A DNA stretch of 64,000 bases from positions 15,128,001 through 15,192,000 of the forward strand of contig JBHGNT010000002.1 in NCBI GenBank assembly GCA_043228905.1. The letters run 5' to 3'. The notes below the pieces were generated by a model. The model saw nothing but the letters and a program-made list of their open reading frames with translations, searched no databases and was not told the origin of the DNA. Of the stretch, positions 38,651-50,391 are shown piece by piece; the first letter of the stretch is position 1, and each line of letters opens with the position of its first letter. This DNA is from Azolla caroliniana. Taxonomy: Eukaryota; Plantae; Polypodiophyta. The position numbers and the translations under genes were made by a program.

Positions 38651-41600
38651 TGTTACGGGCATGACCATATAATATCCCGTGGTAAGAATTTACCGTAGTA
38701 TTCTATACACATGGATAAGTGTGAGGGTTAAATGAGAGTGTAAAGAAGGGGAGGATTACTTTTAATCCTCGGGATTGAGACAACCCATTAGGTCAAGTGT
38801 GAACTTGCCTGGGGGCCTTGGGTTTCGCTATAAATAAGAGGCCTAGCTACCCTCATTTGATCATCTTTTGACTACATCGAGACTCTGCTCGTGTGGCGGG
38901 TCAACTCTTGTAGCGAGCGCGCCAGCACCAGGTACGACTCGACGCCACGGCGGTGGTATGGGACGCCGATCGAGGCTCGAGTCCGTCTCGATCCCTTCGC
39001 TCGGGGGTGGTCGGGTGGATCGGCACCCTTCTTTCTCTTTCTCCTTTCTATCTTTCATTTCTTTATCCTTATCTTAAGCTTACGTTAGTACCAAGATCTA
39101 TAATATTTGGTATCAGATTTTTGTACTAATGTTTCTTTGTTTTTCATTTGTCTTTTGATTCATGCTGATCGATCGTTGTGCGGTTGGCCTTGATCCAGAC
39201 AACGATCAACAAAGAACTTCGGTAACTCTTTCCATAATTTTCTTTCTATTCTCTCTTCTCCCATCTAATCATGTGTTTAGTTTATATGTAATTTTTTTTC
39301 ATTAAGTCAATGATGTTGTAGTGGTCTTTAATTGATTATCTAAAACGTTTACATATGTGCACGAGTTCAATACCTCGTTTGACATGTTAATAATATGTGA
39401 TGAGTGTCGTATGCGTACGAGGTTAATATCTCAATTACGTATTACGTTCACGAACATATGTTACGTTTGCATATGAGTTTAATACCTTGATTTGTTGTAA
39501 ACGATATGCGTTTGGTCTCGTATGCGTAAGAGGTCAATACCTCCATTGCGTATTACGATGATCTCTTATTTGTGGATGTTTCGTGTGCGTAGAGGTATAT
39601 ACCTCGATTACGTATCTCGATCACATCATTTGTGGCTATTTACTATAACGATATGTTGAATATAGGCATATGTGGTCACATATATACGTATTTGATCGTA
39701 TATATGTGATAAGTAAACATATGTGTATATTCGTTATTACGTGATTATATCGAAAGTTGTCATGATCGGGAAAAGGATGTTGGTGGCCGTCCTCACATTT
39801 TTGTGAGAATGGCGTTGTCACCATCCCTTTTTCAACATTTTTTTATTGTTGATAACCCCGTTGACGACCTCGATTTCGTTACGTAAAGAAACGCCAATAG
39901 CCAAAATGATGTTGAGTACGTAGGGCTTGACCCACTTCAAGTGAGGTCGCTCCAATGACGCGCGTATCCAACATCCCTCCCTCGTTACATGGATACGATG
40001 CCACCATGAGCTCGTTCTTACGAGAGGCATTCGTAATGACGTGACCATGTGATGGCGCACGTGAGCCTACTACGAAACGAGGGCTCATTTGGCTTGACCA
40101 TTAGGTTGCACTTTGGCGTATGCCATCGTAATTACGAGACTTGAGGTTAGGTAACGTACCAACATAGTTTTGGTAAATGAGGGCGAAATAAGGACCCTTG
40201 ACATATATGTTCTTTTAAAAAAACATATATGATCAATTGCCTCGCATATCTCTTATACGCATCAAACATTAAACATTCGAGAAGACCAACTTACTTGGTT
40301 GGCTCAAGTGTTTAATGTATTTGTTCTCGAGGTCTCGAGTTCAAATATGACCAAGACCATACGACATCCTTGATACATATGACTATACCACATGTTTAGA
40401 CTTAAGGTCTAAGTGCACCTCGGGGTCCTCGTAATAGGACTTAAAGAGCCGAAACCACTTATGTGGGCACCAAAACATAGTTTATTGTTAACATTTTTTT
40501 CGTGTATAAACTATTCATGACGCGAACATACATGGTTGAGCCTCGGGGAGCCACCATGAAAAAATCGATATAGAGATCAGGGAAAGACATTTATTTGTCA
40601 CCCCCATGGTTTTTAAAACACCTTTGTGTTACCATAGTAACCTGATCTTGAACCTCATCTCATACGTCTAGAGGGGTATTGACGTGAGATAATGATATCG
40701 ATTAATGCTCGCCCATGATATGTTTACATCACGACATGATGTTATGACTATATCTCTGACCTTATCCTATTTCTTTTCCAGAAATAATCTTTAATGGCTC
40801 AAATTAACGACCCGATGTCATCCGCTCAAGCAGAAGGAACTCAAGGGAATCCTCCTGGACAAATGTCCACTGAGATGTATTTGGCACAAATAACCCAATA
40901 CCTTAGTTTCACCGCTCAACAGATGACCGAACTTCGGCAATCTCAGAGTGCTCTTGAGGCACGTGTCATTAGTCTACAACGTGAGACTAATAGACCTGAT
41001 GAGCGACAGGGTGAACCATCATTTGTCGTTAAGCCATTTACGGGAGACAAAAAAGAAAGAACCGAAGAAGCAATCTGCACATGGCTGGGACGATGGGAGT
41101 CTCATTTTGAGCTCTATCCCACGCCAGATAGTACGAAGATTGCATATGTCGGCTGAGAACTCGGGGGTAAGGCCGCCGCCTGGTGGCGTGGCCTCCGTAC
41201 TATGGGGAAATTGCCCGATACCTGGACAGATTTTGTCACGGTTTTTAAGGGCCAATTTCTGCAACCTCCCTCTCGAACCGAGGCAGCACAAGCTTTAATG
41301 AACCTCTCTAGCAGGAAATTTTCCTCGCTAGAAGACTATGTTCACCATGCTAGAACCCAAATCCAAAAATCGGGTCTAGAAGGGGACAATTGGTTGATAG
41401 CTTGTTTTGTCAATGGCATCCCCAATTCGGACTATCACTGGATAGTGCACGATAAGGATCCAAAATCCTTCGAAGAGGCCGTTGAAATAGTTCTTCGCTA
41501 TCAACACACTTCGAAGAAGGACCATAACAAACCCAACGAAGCGCCCGGGACTAACCAGTTGCAATTTGTTGGGAAACGCAAGACACCCAACGAATTCCTG

Positions 41601-44600
41601 GATCGCGATTGTAAGCGACAACATCCTTTTTGTGTATTCTGCAAAAAGAAGGGTCATACAAAAGATCAATGTCGAAAGCTCCAACGGAAAGAGCACGACA
41701 ACAAAGCTAAAGCTGCAGACCATAAAGGTCAGATTCCTAATGTCCTTCAGGTCTATACACATCATTTAAGTAATTGTCAATGTTCTTTCCCTCACTATGT
41801 ATTGGGTCCCAATGATTTACTACGTGCAAACGGGTATATCAATGGATCTCCCGTACAATTTTTATTTGATTCGGGAAGCTCACACAATTTTGTGAATGAT
41901 CGTTTGGTTCGGATATGGGGAATCCAACCCACCGTAAGTGATCACACCTACACGGTGCACTTGGCTGATGGAAGAGTACAATACTTCAACGGGGCGATTC
42001 ATTCATTAGGAATTTCTATTGATACTTATATAGAGGAAGTAGACTTCCATGTAATGAATCTTTGTACCACCGATGTAATACTGGGTTATCCCTGGTTTTA
42101 TAATAAAAACTCTTCTTTATTTATTGATTGGGTTCGTCATTCCATTTCTTTTGTACTGAACGATTGTACGCATTTTATTCAATGTGTAAAAAAACAATCC
42201 CTCTCGATTGTTTCCTCGTGTCCATCAATATCCGAGTTGTCTTGTTCTACGTTATTTTATTGTGTACTTGATCTGGACATTCACGTTTACAATATCGATA
42301 ATGTCCCGATTCAATTAACATATTTTGAACAACAACAACTTGATGAAATCTTAAATGATTTTCATGGTGTTTTTCCAAGTGAACTACCTGATGGGTTACC
42401 TCCTAAACGTAATATAGACCATCGTATAGATATTGTACCTGGTGTTGCACCAATAAGTATACCTCCGTATCGCTTAAGTCGATCCGAAGAAGATGAGGTA
42501 TCTAAGCAACTCAAGGACTATTTACGAATGGGTTATATACGTTATAGTAAATCTCCATGGGGTGCACCAGTTCTCTTGGTTAAAAAGAAAGAGGGCACAT
42601 GGCGTATGTGTATTAATTACCGACGCTTGAATAAAGTGACGATCAAGAATTCGTATCCATTGCCCCGGGCTGACGATCTAATTGACCGTCTCCAGGGAGC
42701 TCGGTATTTTACGAAACTTGATCTCCGTACTGGCTACCATCAAATACGAATAAGTGAGGACGATGTTCCTAAAACGGCATTTTGTACGCGCTATGGCCAT
42801 TACGAGTTTTTGGTTATGCCTTTTGGTTTGACCAACGCTCTGGCTACTTTTCAACAAGAAATGAATGACATTTTCCGAGAACAACTTGGAAAATTTGTCG
42901 TTATTTTCTTGGATGATATTTTAGTTTATAGCCGTACATTACAAGAACATGCTAGACATGTCCGCTTTGTTTTACAAACATTGCGTGACAAACAGTTTTA
43001 TGGGAAGATCTCAAAATGTGAGTTCTTCAAGAAATCAATTACTTATCTAGGACATCTCATAACCGAACGAGGAGTTGAAATTGATCCTTCTCGCATTGAG
43101 AAAATCAAGCTTTGGCCCACTCTTCGGAATATTCGAGAAGTTCGATCATTCCTTGGTTTTGTGGGGTTTTTGCGAAAGTCTCTTCGTAATTACTCCCAAT
43201 TGACGACGCCGTTTACTGATCTTTTAAAAGGTCAAACGCGTAAGTCTACAAAACCTATTGTGTGGAATGCTACACTAGACCTTGCCTTTAAGGAACTCAA
43301 GGACCTGGTTTGCAAGGCTCCTTCACTTCTTTTACCCGATCCTTCAAAACCTTTTGAGGTTGAAACCGATGCAAGCGATTATGCTATAGGTGCTGTCTTG
43401 TATCAAGATGGTAAACCAATAGCATTCGAGAGTAAGAAACTTGATTCTACTCAATGTCGCTATACCGTTCAAGAAAAGGAATTATTTGCAGTTATACATG
43501 CGCTCAAAACATGGCGCCATTATCTTTATGGAAATCACTTTGTGGTAACCACGGACCACGAGTCCTTGAAATATTTTTGTGACCAACAAGACTTGAAAGG
43601 TCGTAAGGCACGATGGGCAGATCTCATCCAGGACTTTGATTTTTCCATACGATATCGTAAAGGTTCCATGAACACTGTCGCTGATGCACTAAGTCGCATC
43701 CGTGAAGTTAACATGCTTAGCTTCACTGAAATATCATCAGATCTTTATGATCACCTTCGAGGAAAGTATCCTGATGACAGTTATTTTGCAAAATACTGGG
43801 CAAGAGTTGAGTCTGGAACAGACACCACCACATCCTCGAAGGAATACTTCCACATTGCTAACGGTTTGCTCTACCGTAATGGGAAGGTTTGTGTTCCAGA
43901 TTTACCCAAGGTCAAAAAGAGGATTCTTTTTGAATGCCATGATGCACCCTGAGCAGGGCACCCTGGAATACATCGTACACTCGTTCTCATCTCCACTCAA
44001 TTTTATTGGCCTAAGATGCGTCCTGACATACATAGCTATGTGACTAAATGTCACCAGTGTCAGGTTAACAAAGCCGAGCGACTTAAAGCCGAAGGACTTT
44101 TACATCCCTTGGACATTCCCAATAATAAGTGGGAAAGTATATCCATGGATTTTATTGTTAGCCTTCCTCGCACCCAAAAAGGTCATGATGCCATCTGGGT
44201 TGTCGTTGATCGACTAACTAAAATGGCCAGATTTATTGCTACTAAAACCACGGTAACAGCTCCTGAATTGGCTTACCAATTCGTTGACGAATTGTTTCGT
44301 TTTTATGGGTTACCGATGGATATCGTGAGTGATCGAGATCCAAAGTTTACTAGTGACTTCTGGACACAAGTCTTTAAGAAGTTAGAAACTACGTTGAGCA
44401 TGAGCTCCACGGATCATCCTCAATCCGATGGACAGACAGAACGAGTAAATCAAATTATTGAGGACATGCTTCGAGCATACGTTGGTGCAAAACCAACAAA
44501 ATGGGAACGTTATCTCCCAATTTTGGAGTTTGCTTATAACAGCTCCAAGCATACGTCGACGGGATATAGTCCTTTTATGTTGATGTATGGTTTTCAGCCA

Positions 44601-45668
44601 CGAGCCCCGATTGATGTTACTATCCATCATGATGAGTTGCGAAGTACGCAAAACTTTCTTCGGGATATGCAAGATATGTTGCATATTGCACGAGATAATA
44701 TAAAAACAGCTCAAGATAGAGCGCGTTTTTATGCCGATCATCATAGGCAACCTCGTGTATTCAACCCTGGACAGAAGGTATTTTTACGTGTACCTCACAA
44801 TTCTAAGACATTGTCTACGGGTAAGTGCGCTAAGTTAGCCCCACGGTTTTGTGGACCTTTTACAGTCCTCAAACGCATTGGGTCATCAGCCTATCGTCTC
44901 GCTCTTCCCGATGGTGTTGGAATTCATCCAGTCTTTCATGTGAGTCGTCTAAAAGAACTTCTAGGTTCTGGCGACAATACAGTTACGACTGAAACTCTGG
45001 TTACTTCTGAAGAATTATCTTCTAAACCACATGTGCTAGAAAGAATTCTCGATGTTAAAACAAAAAAATTACGTACTAAAGAAATCCGAGAATTTAAAAT
45101 AAAATGGATGGATAAATCAATAAAAGATGCCACATGGGAACGCGAAAATACCGTTAGAACTAACTTCCCTAACTTTCCATTGCAAGAGTGCAATGTTTTA
45201 AAGAGGGGGAGTATGTTACGGGCATGACCATATAATATCCTGTGGTAAGAATTTACCGTAGTATTCTATACACATGGATAAGTGTGAGGGTTAAATGAGA
45301 GTGTAAAGAAGGGGAGGATTACTTTTAATCCTCGGGATTGAGACAACCCATTAGGTCAAGTGTGAACTTGCCTGGGGGCCTTGGGTTTCGCTATAAATAA
45401 GAGGCCTAGCTACCCTCATTTGATCATCTTTTGACTACATCGAGACTCTGCTCGTGTGGTGGGTCAACTCTTGTAGCGAGCGCGCCAGCACCAGGTACGA
45501 CTCGACGCCACGGCGGTGGTATGGGACGCCGATCGAGGCTCGAGTCCGTCTCGATCCCTTCGCTCGGGGGTGGTCGGGTGGATCGGCACCCTTCTTTCTC
45601 TTTCTCCTTTCTATCTTTCATTTCTTTATCCTTATCTTAAGCTTACGTTAGTACCAAGATCTATAATA
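38651..45668 (+). mobile_element. Young chromovirus J (Ty3/Gypsy, tRNA-iMet PBS, group II-type chromodomain)
   Basis: 455-bp LTRs 38651-39105 and 45214-45668, two differences noticed; TSD gatca; PBS tggtatcaga at 39108; PPT aaagagggggag ending 45211. Confidence 0.97.
40794..45227 (+). pseudogene. Single-frame gag-pol of J with two premature TGA codons
   Basis: ORFs starting 40794, 41202 and 44016 share one frame; stops at 41154 and 43950; [36 protein letters not shown], chromodomain ERILD..IKW..ATWE. Confidence 0.95.
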
Positions 45669-46358
45669 GATCAGCTCCTGGAAGGCATTCATGTGCTCCG
45701 CCATGCTGGAGCCATCTTGGTACCGGAGTCTTACTAGCTTCCGAAATACCGAAACCTGATTAACAACATTTTTGTTCTAAAACATAATGCCGATCTTCTC
45801 CCAGAGCTCATGAGCCTTGCTCTCTTCATTGAAGTTGTTGTATAGACTCATGTCGATGAAGCACTGTATGTACGTCGTTGTCTTCATGTGCATCTCCTCC
45901 CATATCGCGGCGTCGATTTTGTCTGGTCTCTTGTTCGCGAACTAAACCGGCAGCCAAAGCTCTTTAACCACGAGCATGTCCCTCATCTTCAACTTCCACA
46001 CCGAATAGTTGGAGCCGGTGAGCTTGAACATGCCTCCCAATGAATCGTCCATTTTTTCTGTGTCGTTTCGCTCTGATACCACTTTGACAGGAACTACACG
46101 CTCCGATGAACAACGCTCGGCCACAACCGAGTCTAAAATCAAACACAGAAAACGAGTAATGAACGCACGACACAAAAGTGAGAGAAGAGTGCACAGGATG
46201 TTTAATGTGGGAAACCCTGAGAGGGAAAAACCACGGGAGTCCACCGACTCCAAACTATCACTATATCACAATGATTACAACAGTGAGTTCACTGAGGCAA
46301 CAACCTCGTGCTCACGATCTTTGCCATAGGTGGCGGTTAAAACAGAGGCAACGACCTC

Positions 46359-46400
<42 letters not shown>

Positions 46401-49400
46401 CACGGTTACGCGCTCTCTAGTCTTGCACCAACAAGAATGACAACAACAACAACTAAAGTTTGCCCTAAGTCATATTTATACTAATATAAATTTTCGGCTA
46501 TTTACAAATATGGCCCCGATGGACTCTCAGAAACATATTTATGAATATGTCCCTTCATCCGGTGAGCACTCCTCACCGGGCCTACATCATCCGGCGCTTG
46601 CCGGGCACACGTCATCCGGTTCTCACCGGGTCTTCCGTTGCCGGATACTCCACATCCGGTTCTCACCGGGTCTTCCATAGCCGGGTTTAGGGACTATTCT
46701 TCTCACTTCCCATCCGGAGGGACCTGTTTCGTAACAATTTTCCCTATAGAAGCCATATCTCTAAAAACCCCTAATTTTTCTTTTCTATTAATCTTAGTAA
46801 ACCTAAAACTTCTAAATCCCAATCTTGGGACATATTATAATTTCCTTTTCCTTTGTTAATGACTTTATATACGCGATCCACATGAGCATCATCAAGTCTG
46901 GAGTCGCACATCGGGAAACCATGTCGAGAATCGGCAAGCAGTTTGTCTCGATAATTACTTCCACCGTTATCAAATAGTCTTTGTCGGCCTTAACAGCCGA
47001 AACGATACCCCTGAGCTCGCGTTTAACGGCAAATCCTCATTGTCGGTCGCGTAGTACCTTCACGCCGAACCGGATGGGAAACCTCATGCCGGCCTCGTCG
47101 TCATGATTGATCACCCATCCGATTCTGGTCGGGCTCGTGTCCACCATCACGAAAACGGAGTGCCCTTCTTGTACGCCACTTTCTGGAGAGCCGGTGCCGC
47201 CGTTAGCTTTTCCTTCAGTCTCCGGATCGCCTCCATGTGCTTGTTGCTCAATTTGAATTTCCAGCCTTTCTTTAGCAAGCCATAGAGTGGCTTGACAATA
47301 TGTGCGTAGTTCAGAATCCAAACGTGGTAGAAGGTGCACGCCCCAAGGAACCGTCGGATTTCCGTGACCAACCAATACTCTTCCTTCATCGCCGAGAAGG
47401 CCTCTACCTTCGGCTGAGACAGTCTCCAGCCATATGGCCCGCATAGGTCATTGACTACTAGGATCTCTGATTGTCTGAAAGCCTACTTCTACCCGGAGAA
47501 GGTAAGTCGAGCGCCCTCAAGCCTGTGCCATATCTTCTTGCAGTCAGAGATGTGGTCCAAAACAAATCCCAGGCATCCGTCTGCCACGATCGACTCATCT
47601 TTCGCGTCCTATGAACATCCCTTGATCGGGATGTCCAAAAATGGCAGGGTGATGTTCAGGATGCAGTCCCTCAACACCTTGTTCATCGCATTCACCATGT
47701 GCGCCACTGAATTGGTTCCCCCTTGCGGTAGGGTACACATCCGAACTAGGCCGAGAGGGGTTCGCATTGTTGTGATGTCTCTACTCTCCACAGCTTGTTG
47801 GAACTAGTTATACCTAGAGTATAAGTCGTTGACCAAGTAGATAGACCTTCCAGCGAAGGCCTCTGCAAACTCGTCGATCGTTGGACCGACTCCTTCATTT
47901 CGAATGGTCACCTTGTTGACCTGATGCATGTCTTGAATAAAGAGCAGTGTGTTGTTCTCTTCGGCACCATAAACCACTTATTCGAGTATGGGGCGCTTGA
48001 CGGCTCAAGGATACCCATATTGACCTTCTCCTTGAACAGCTCCATCAACTTCAGGATGTGAGCTGTTGGTACCGGAATCGGTTTGAGGTTCCACAGTACA
48101 TGCGACACTGCGAAGATCACCATCAGTTCTACGATTGTCGGGTCAATGCACCCAATCTCCCCCGATGAGAATACAAAGGCTTTCCCATGCATCCCGAGCA
48201 TCCTCTAAAACCAGTCCAACTCTGTCGGCAGTAGGAAGCCAACCCCACCAATCTTCAGCTCCCGTAGCGTCTCATCGGTGAACCAGTGCCCTATGTCGGC
48301 CAAATCTCATAAACTCGGGTCCATCGCGACCCCTTTCATCCATTCCCAGCTGTCCTCCGGCAAGGGAGCCATGACTGGCCTCACCTTCCAGTCCACAATC
48401 TTGTACTTTGTATCTACTCGAGCGGTCCAATCCGACCTGATCATCTTCCCGAAGTCCGCCATAACTTCGTACATCTCGACGGAATTTACTGGAACAACCC
48501 GATCTTCGCTAAGATACTCCTCCACTACCCTCTTGATCTCCCCAAGGGTGTCATCGAATGAGACCGCCTCTACGACACTACTACTCGAGTTGTCAAGGTC
48601 CAAGGCTCCACGTGCCTTCAGACGCCTTTCAACTTGCTTCTTCTCCCGACCACCAATGCCGGCTATAGTACATGTGTGGGGTTTCTAGAGAGCCAAAATT
48701 TCCTACTTATGTACATGTGTGGGGTTTCTTCCGGTTGTCCGGACTATCATGGCCCCATGCCTTGATAGTCCTCTCTAAAGATCCTCTCGGCTCTCTCCGT
48801 CGAGAGAATCTCGGTTTTGTTCATGATTCGGCCTTACTGTTAAGAAGTGGACGGAGTGCTTACCGTCCTGACTCTTTACCCTCACATATGTCAAACCGTT
48901 GTCCAGCACCTTCATTTCCATCCAAGCCGCCATAATGTAAGGTTCACCAAGAATTACCGGGTGGGAGGATGTCTCCTACACGAAGAAATGTTGGTCTATT
49001 TCGACGTCACCGACCTTCACCTTGATGTTCAGGCACACATCATGAAGCTCCTCGGTAGAGCGGGTTGTCGTGCATATCTTCCAATCATGCTTCGTGTTGA
49101 TCGGCCACTTCCCCTTTTTATAGAAGTCCATCGACATCAAATTGATTTCCGATCCGTGGTTGATCAACGCCACCACCGGCTCCTTCACATCCCCGATTTG
49201 GACCGAGGTCTCTGTCGTCACTCTGGCCCAGTGTAGGATCATATAGTGGCTATCCGGAAACTCCTCTTCCATCGCCACCTCTTCGATGTGGGCCGCATTC
49301 ACTTCAACCGGCTTCTTCGACCCTGGCTCCGTCGAAAACCGCTTCCTTTTTACCACGTCCATGATGGAATAATGGAATTCCCTCATTGTTATCCCTAGCA

Positions 49401-50391
49401 CCTCCCTCAAGGTGAGCTCCACCCGGTTGTCGAGGATTCCTTCCTCCAAGACCTTCTGCAGGTCCATTGGTCTCTCTATCTCCGACCGGAACTGAAAGCC
49501 TGACAACCTCGTCTTCTCCTGTGAGCCGGCTGGTCCTTCGTCATTCTTCTTCGGCCCACTCCGGGTGTCATACCGGTTCAAGGACCGGCCTTTCCAGCCC
49601 GCTTATATTCTACTAGAACCTCGTAGTGCTAGCACGTGGCTTCAACGAAGCTGGTTTTCTCTTCTACCAGATCGTCCCATCGGGTGCCCTCTTGGACCCG
49701 TTTCTCCGCACAGTCCGCTTCTTCCTTCCTTAACCACATGCCAGATAGACCCTCTAGCACATGTGACGAGAGTCTAGTACTACTTCCGGATCCGATGCCC
49801 TTCTCTTTGCCTACCCAGGTCCCTACCGACACCGAGTAGTGAATGGCCTTGGCATTCCGAGCCACGGCTTCCTCCATTTGCCTCTTCATGCCACATCTTC
49901 TGGTGTTCACCTCGAGAGGCCTTCGCGTGTCACATACGTGCACCCATCCATTCTAGAGGTACACAACATTGTTCTTGAGTGCTTCAGCAATATCGGTTCA
50001 CTCTCTCTCTGCATGTGGCCGAAGGCATTACACCACATGCACCTCTGGTCGTTCGGTGGGCGCCGATCATGTGATTGGCCGTCGCCTTCCCTCCGGGCTG
50101 GGCAATCTAGAGGTCTCGTACCATCCTCGATAGCTCCTCCAGATTTGTGCCCCCGAATAGGCCTTTCACCACGTCGGTTGGAACCACGCCTGACTCGAGC
50201 CACCTCCTAGTATCTTCTGACCGAGTCGGAATCTCCTCCGTCCTCTTCCCGGTGGTCGGTTCGGCCGCTGACACCCCCGCATCGTTCAACTCCCGCCGCT
50301 TGTCAACATAACTACATACTCTCTTAACAACGGTCCAATCGGTCGTGAGCCCTTTATCCATGAGGAGACCCACCTTCTCCTGATCATGCGT

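Larger units (their letters stand above)
34553..46736 (-). mobile_element. Copia H (Tnt1/Tork-like); 3' LTR reduced to ~25 bp; hosts solo LTR I and chromovirus J
   Basis: 5' LTR 46085-46736; PBS 46070-46081; gag MDDSLGG; PR-INT 36012-37802; RT LYVDD 35061-36011; RH 34781-35116; PPT ctcccccttc 34581-34590. Confidence 0.92.
13461..50391 (-). mobile_element. Old Gypsy element D (Phygy-like by inference) broken into pieces: 3' LTR 13461-14293, INT 14420-15480 and 34494-34552, RH-RT-PR-gag 46861-50391
   Basis: LTR start cacgaca at 14293 with PPT 14294-14310; INT GPY/F (RWFGPYVV); INT sequence continues across element E (CCGG TSD); RT MCTLPQGGTNS; PR INHGSEIN. Assigning 46861-50391 to the same copy is inference from orientation and domain order. 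Confidence 0.72.

Noticed and set aside
39351-39620. CRISPR-like repeat-spacer array
   Set aside because: Repeats are degenerate, lie in a eukaryotic retroelement leader, and no cas genes are present; kept only as a hairpin array
40299-40350. A/B-box-like tggctcaagtg...gagttcaaat in the J leader
   Set aside because: Short spacing, single instance, no TSD or tail; could be chance
41154-41156. Programmed stop-codon readthrough in J (also 43950)
   Set aside because: Both TGAs fall inside conserved domains and fit single-base decay
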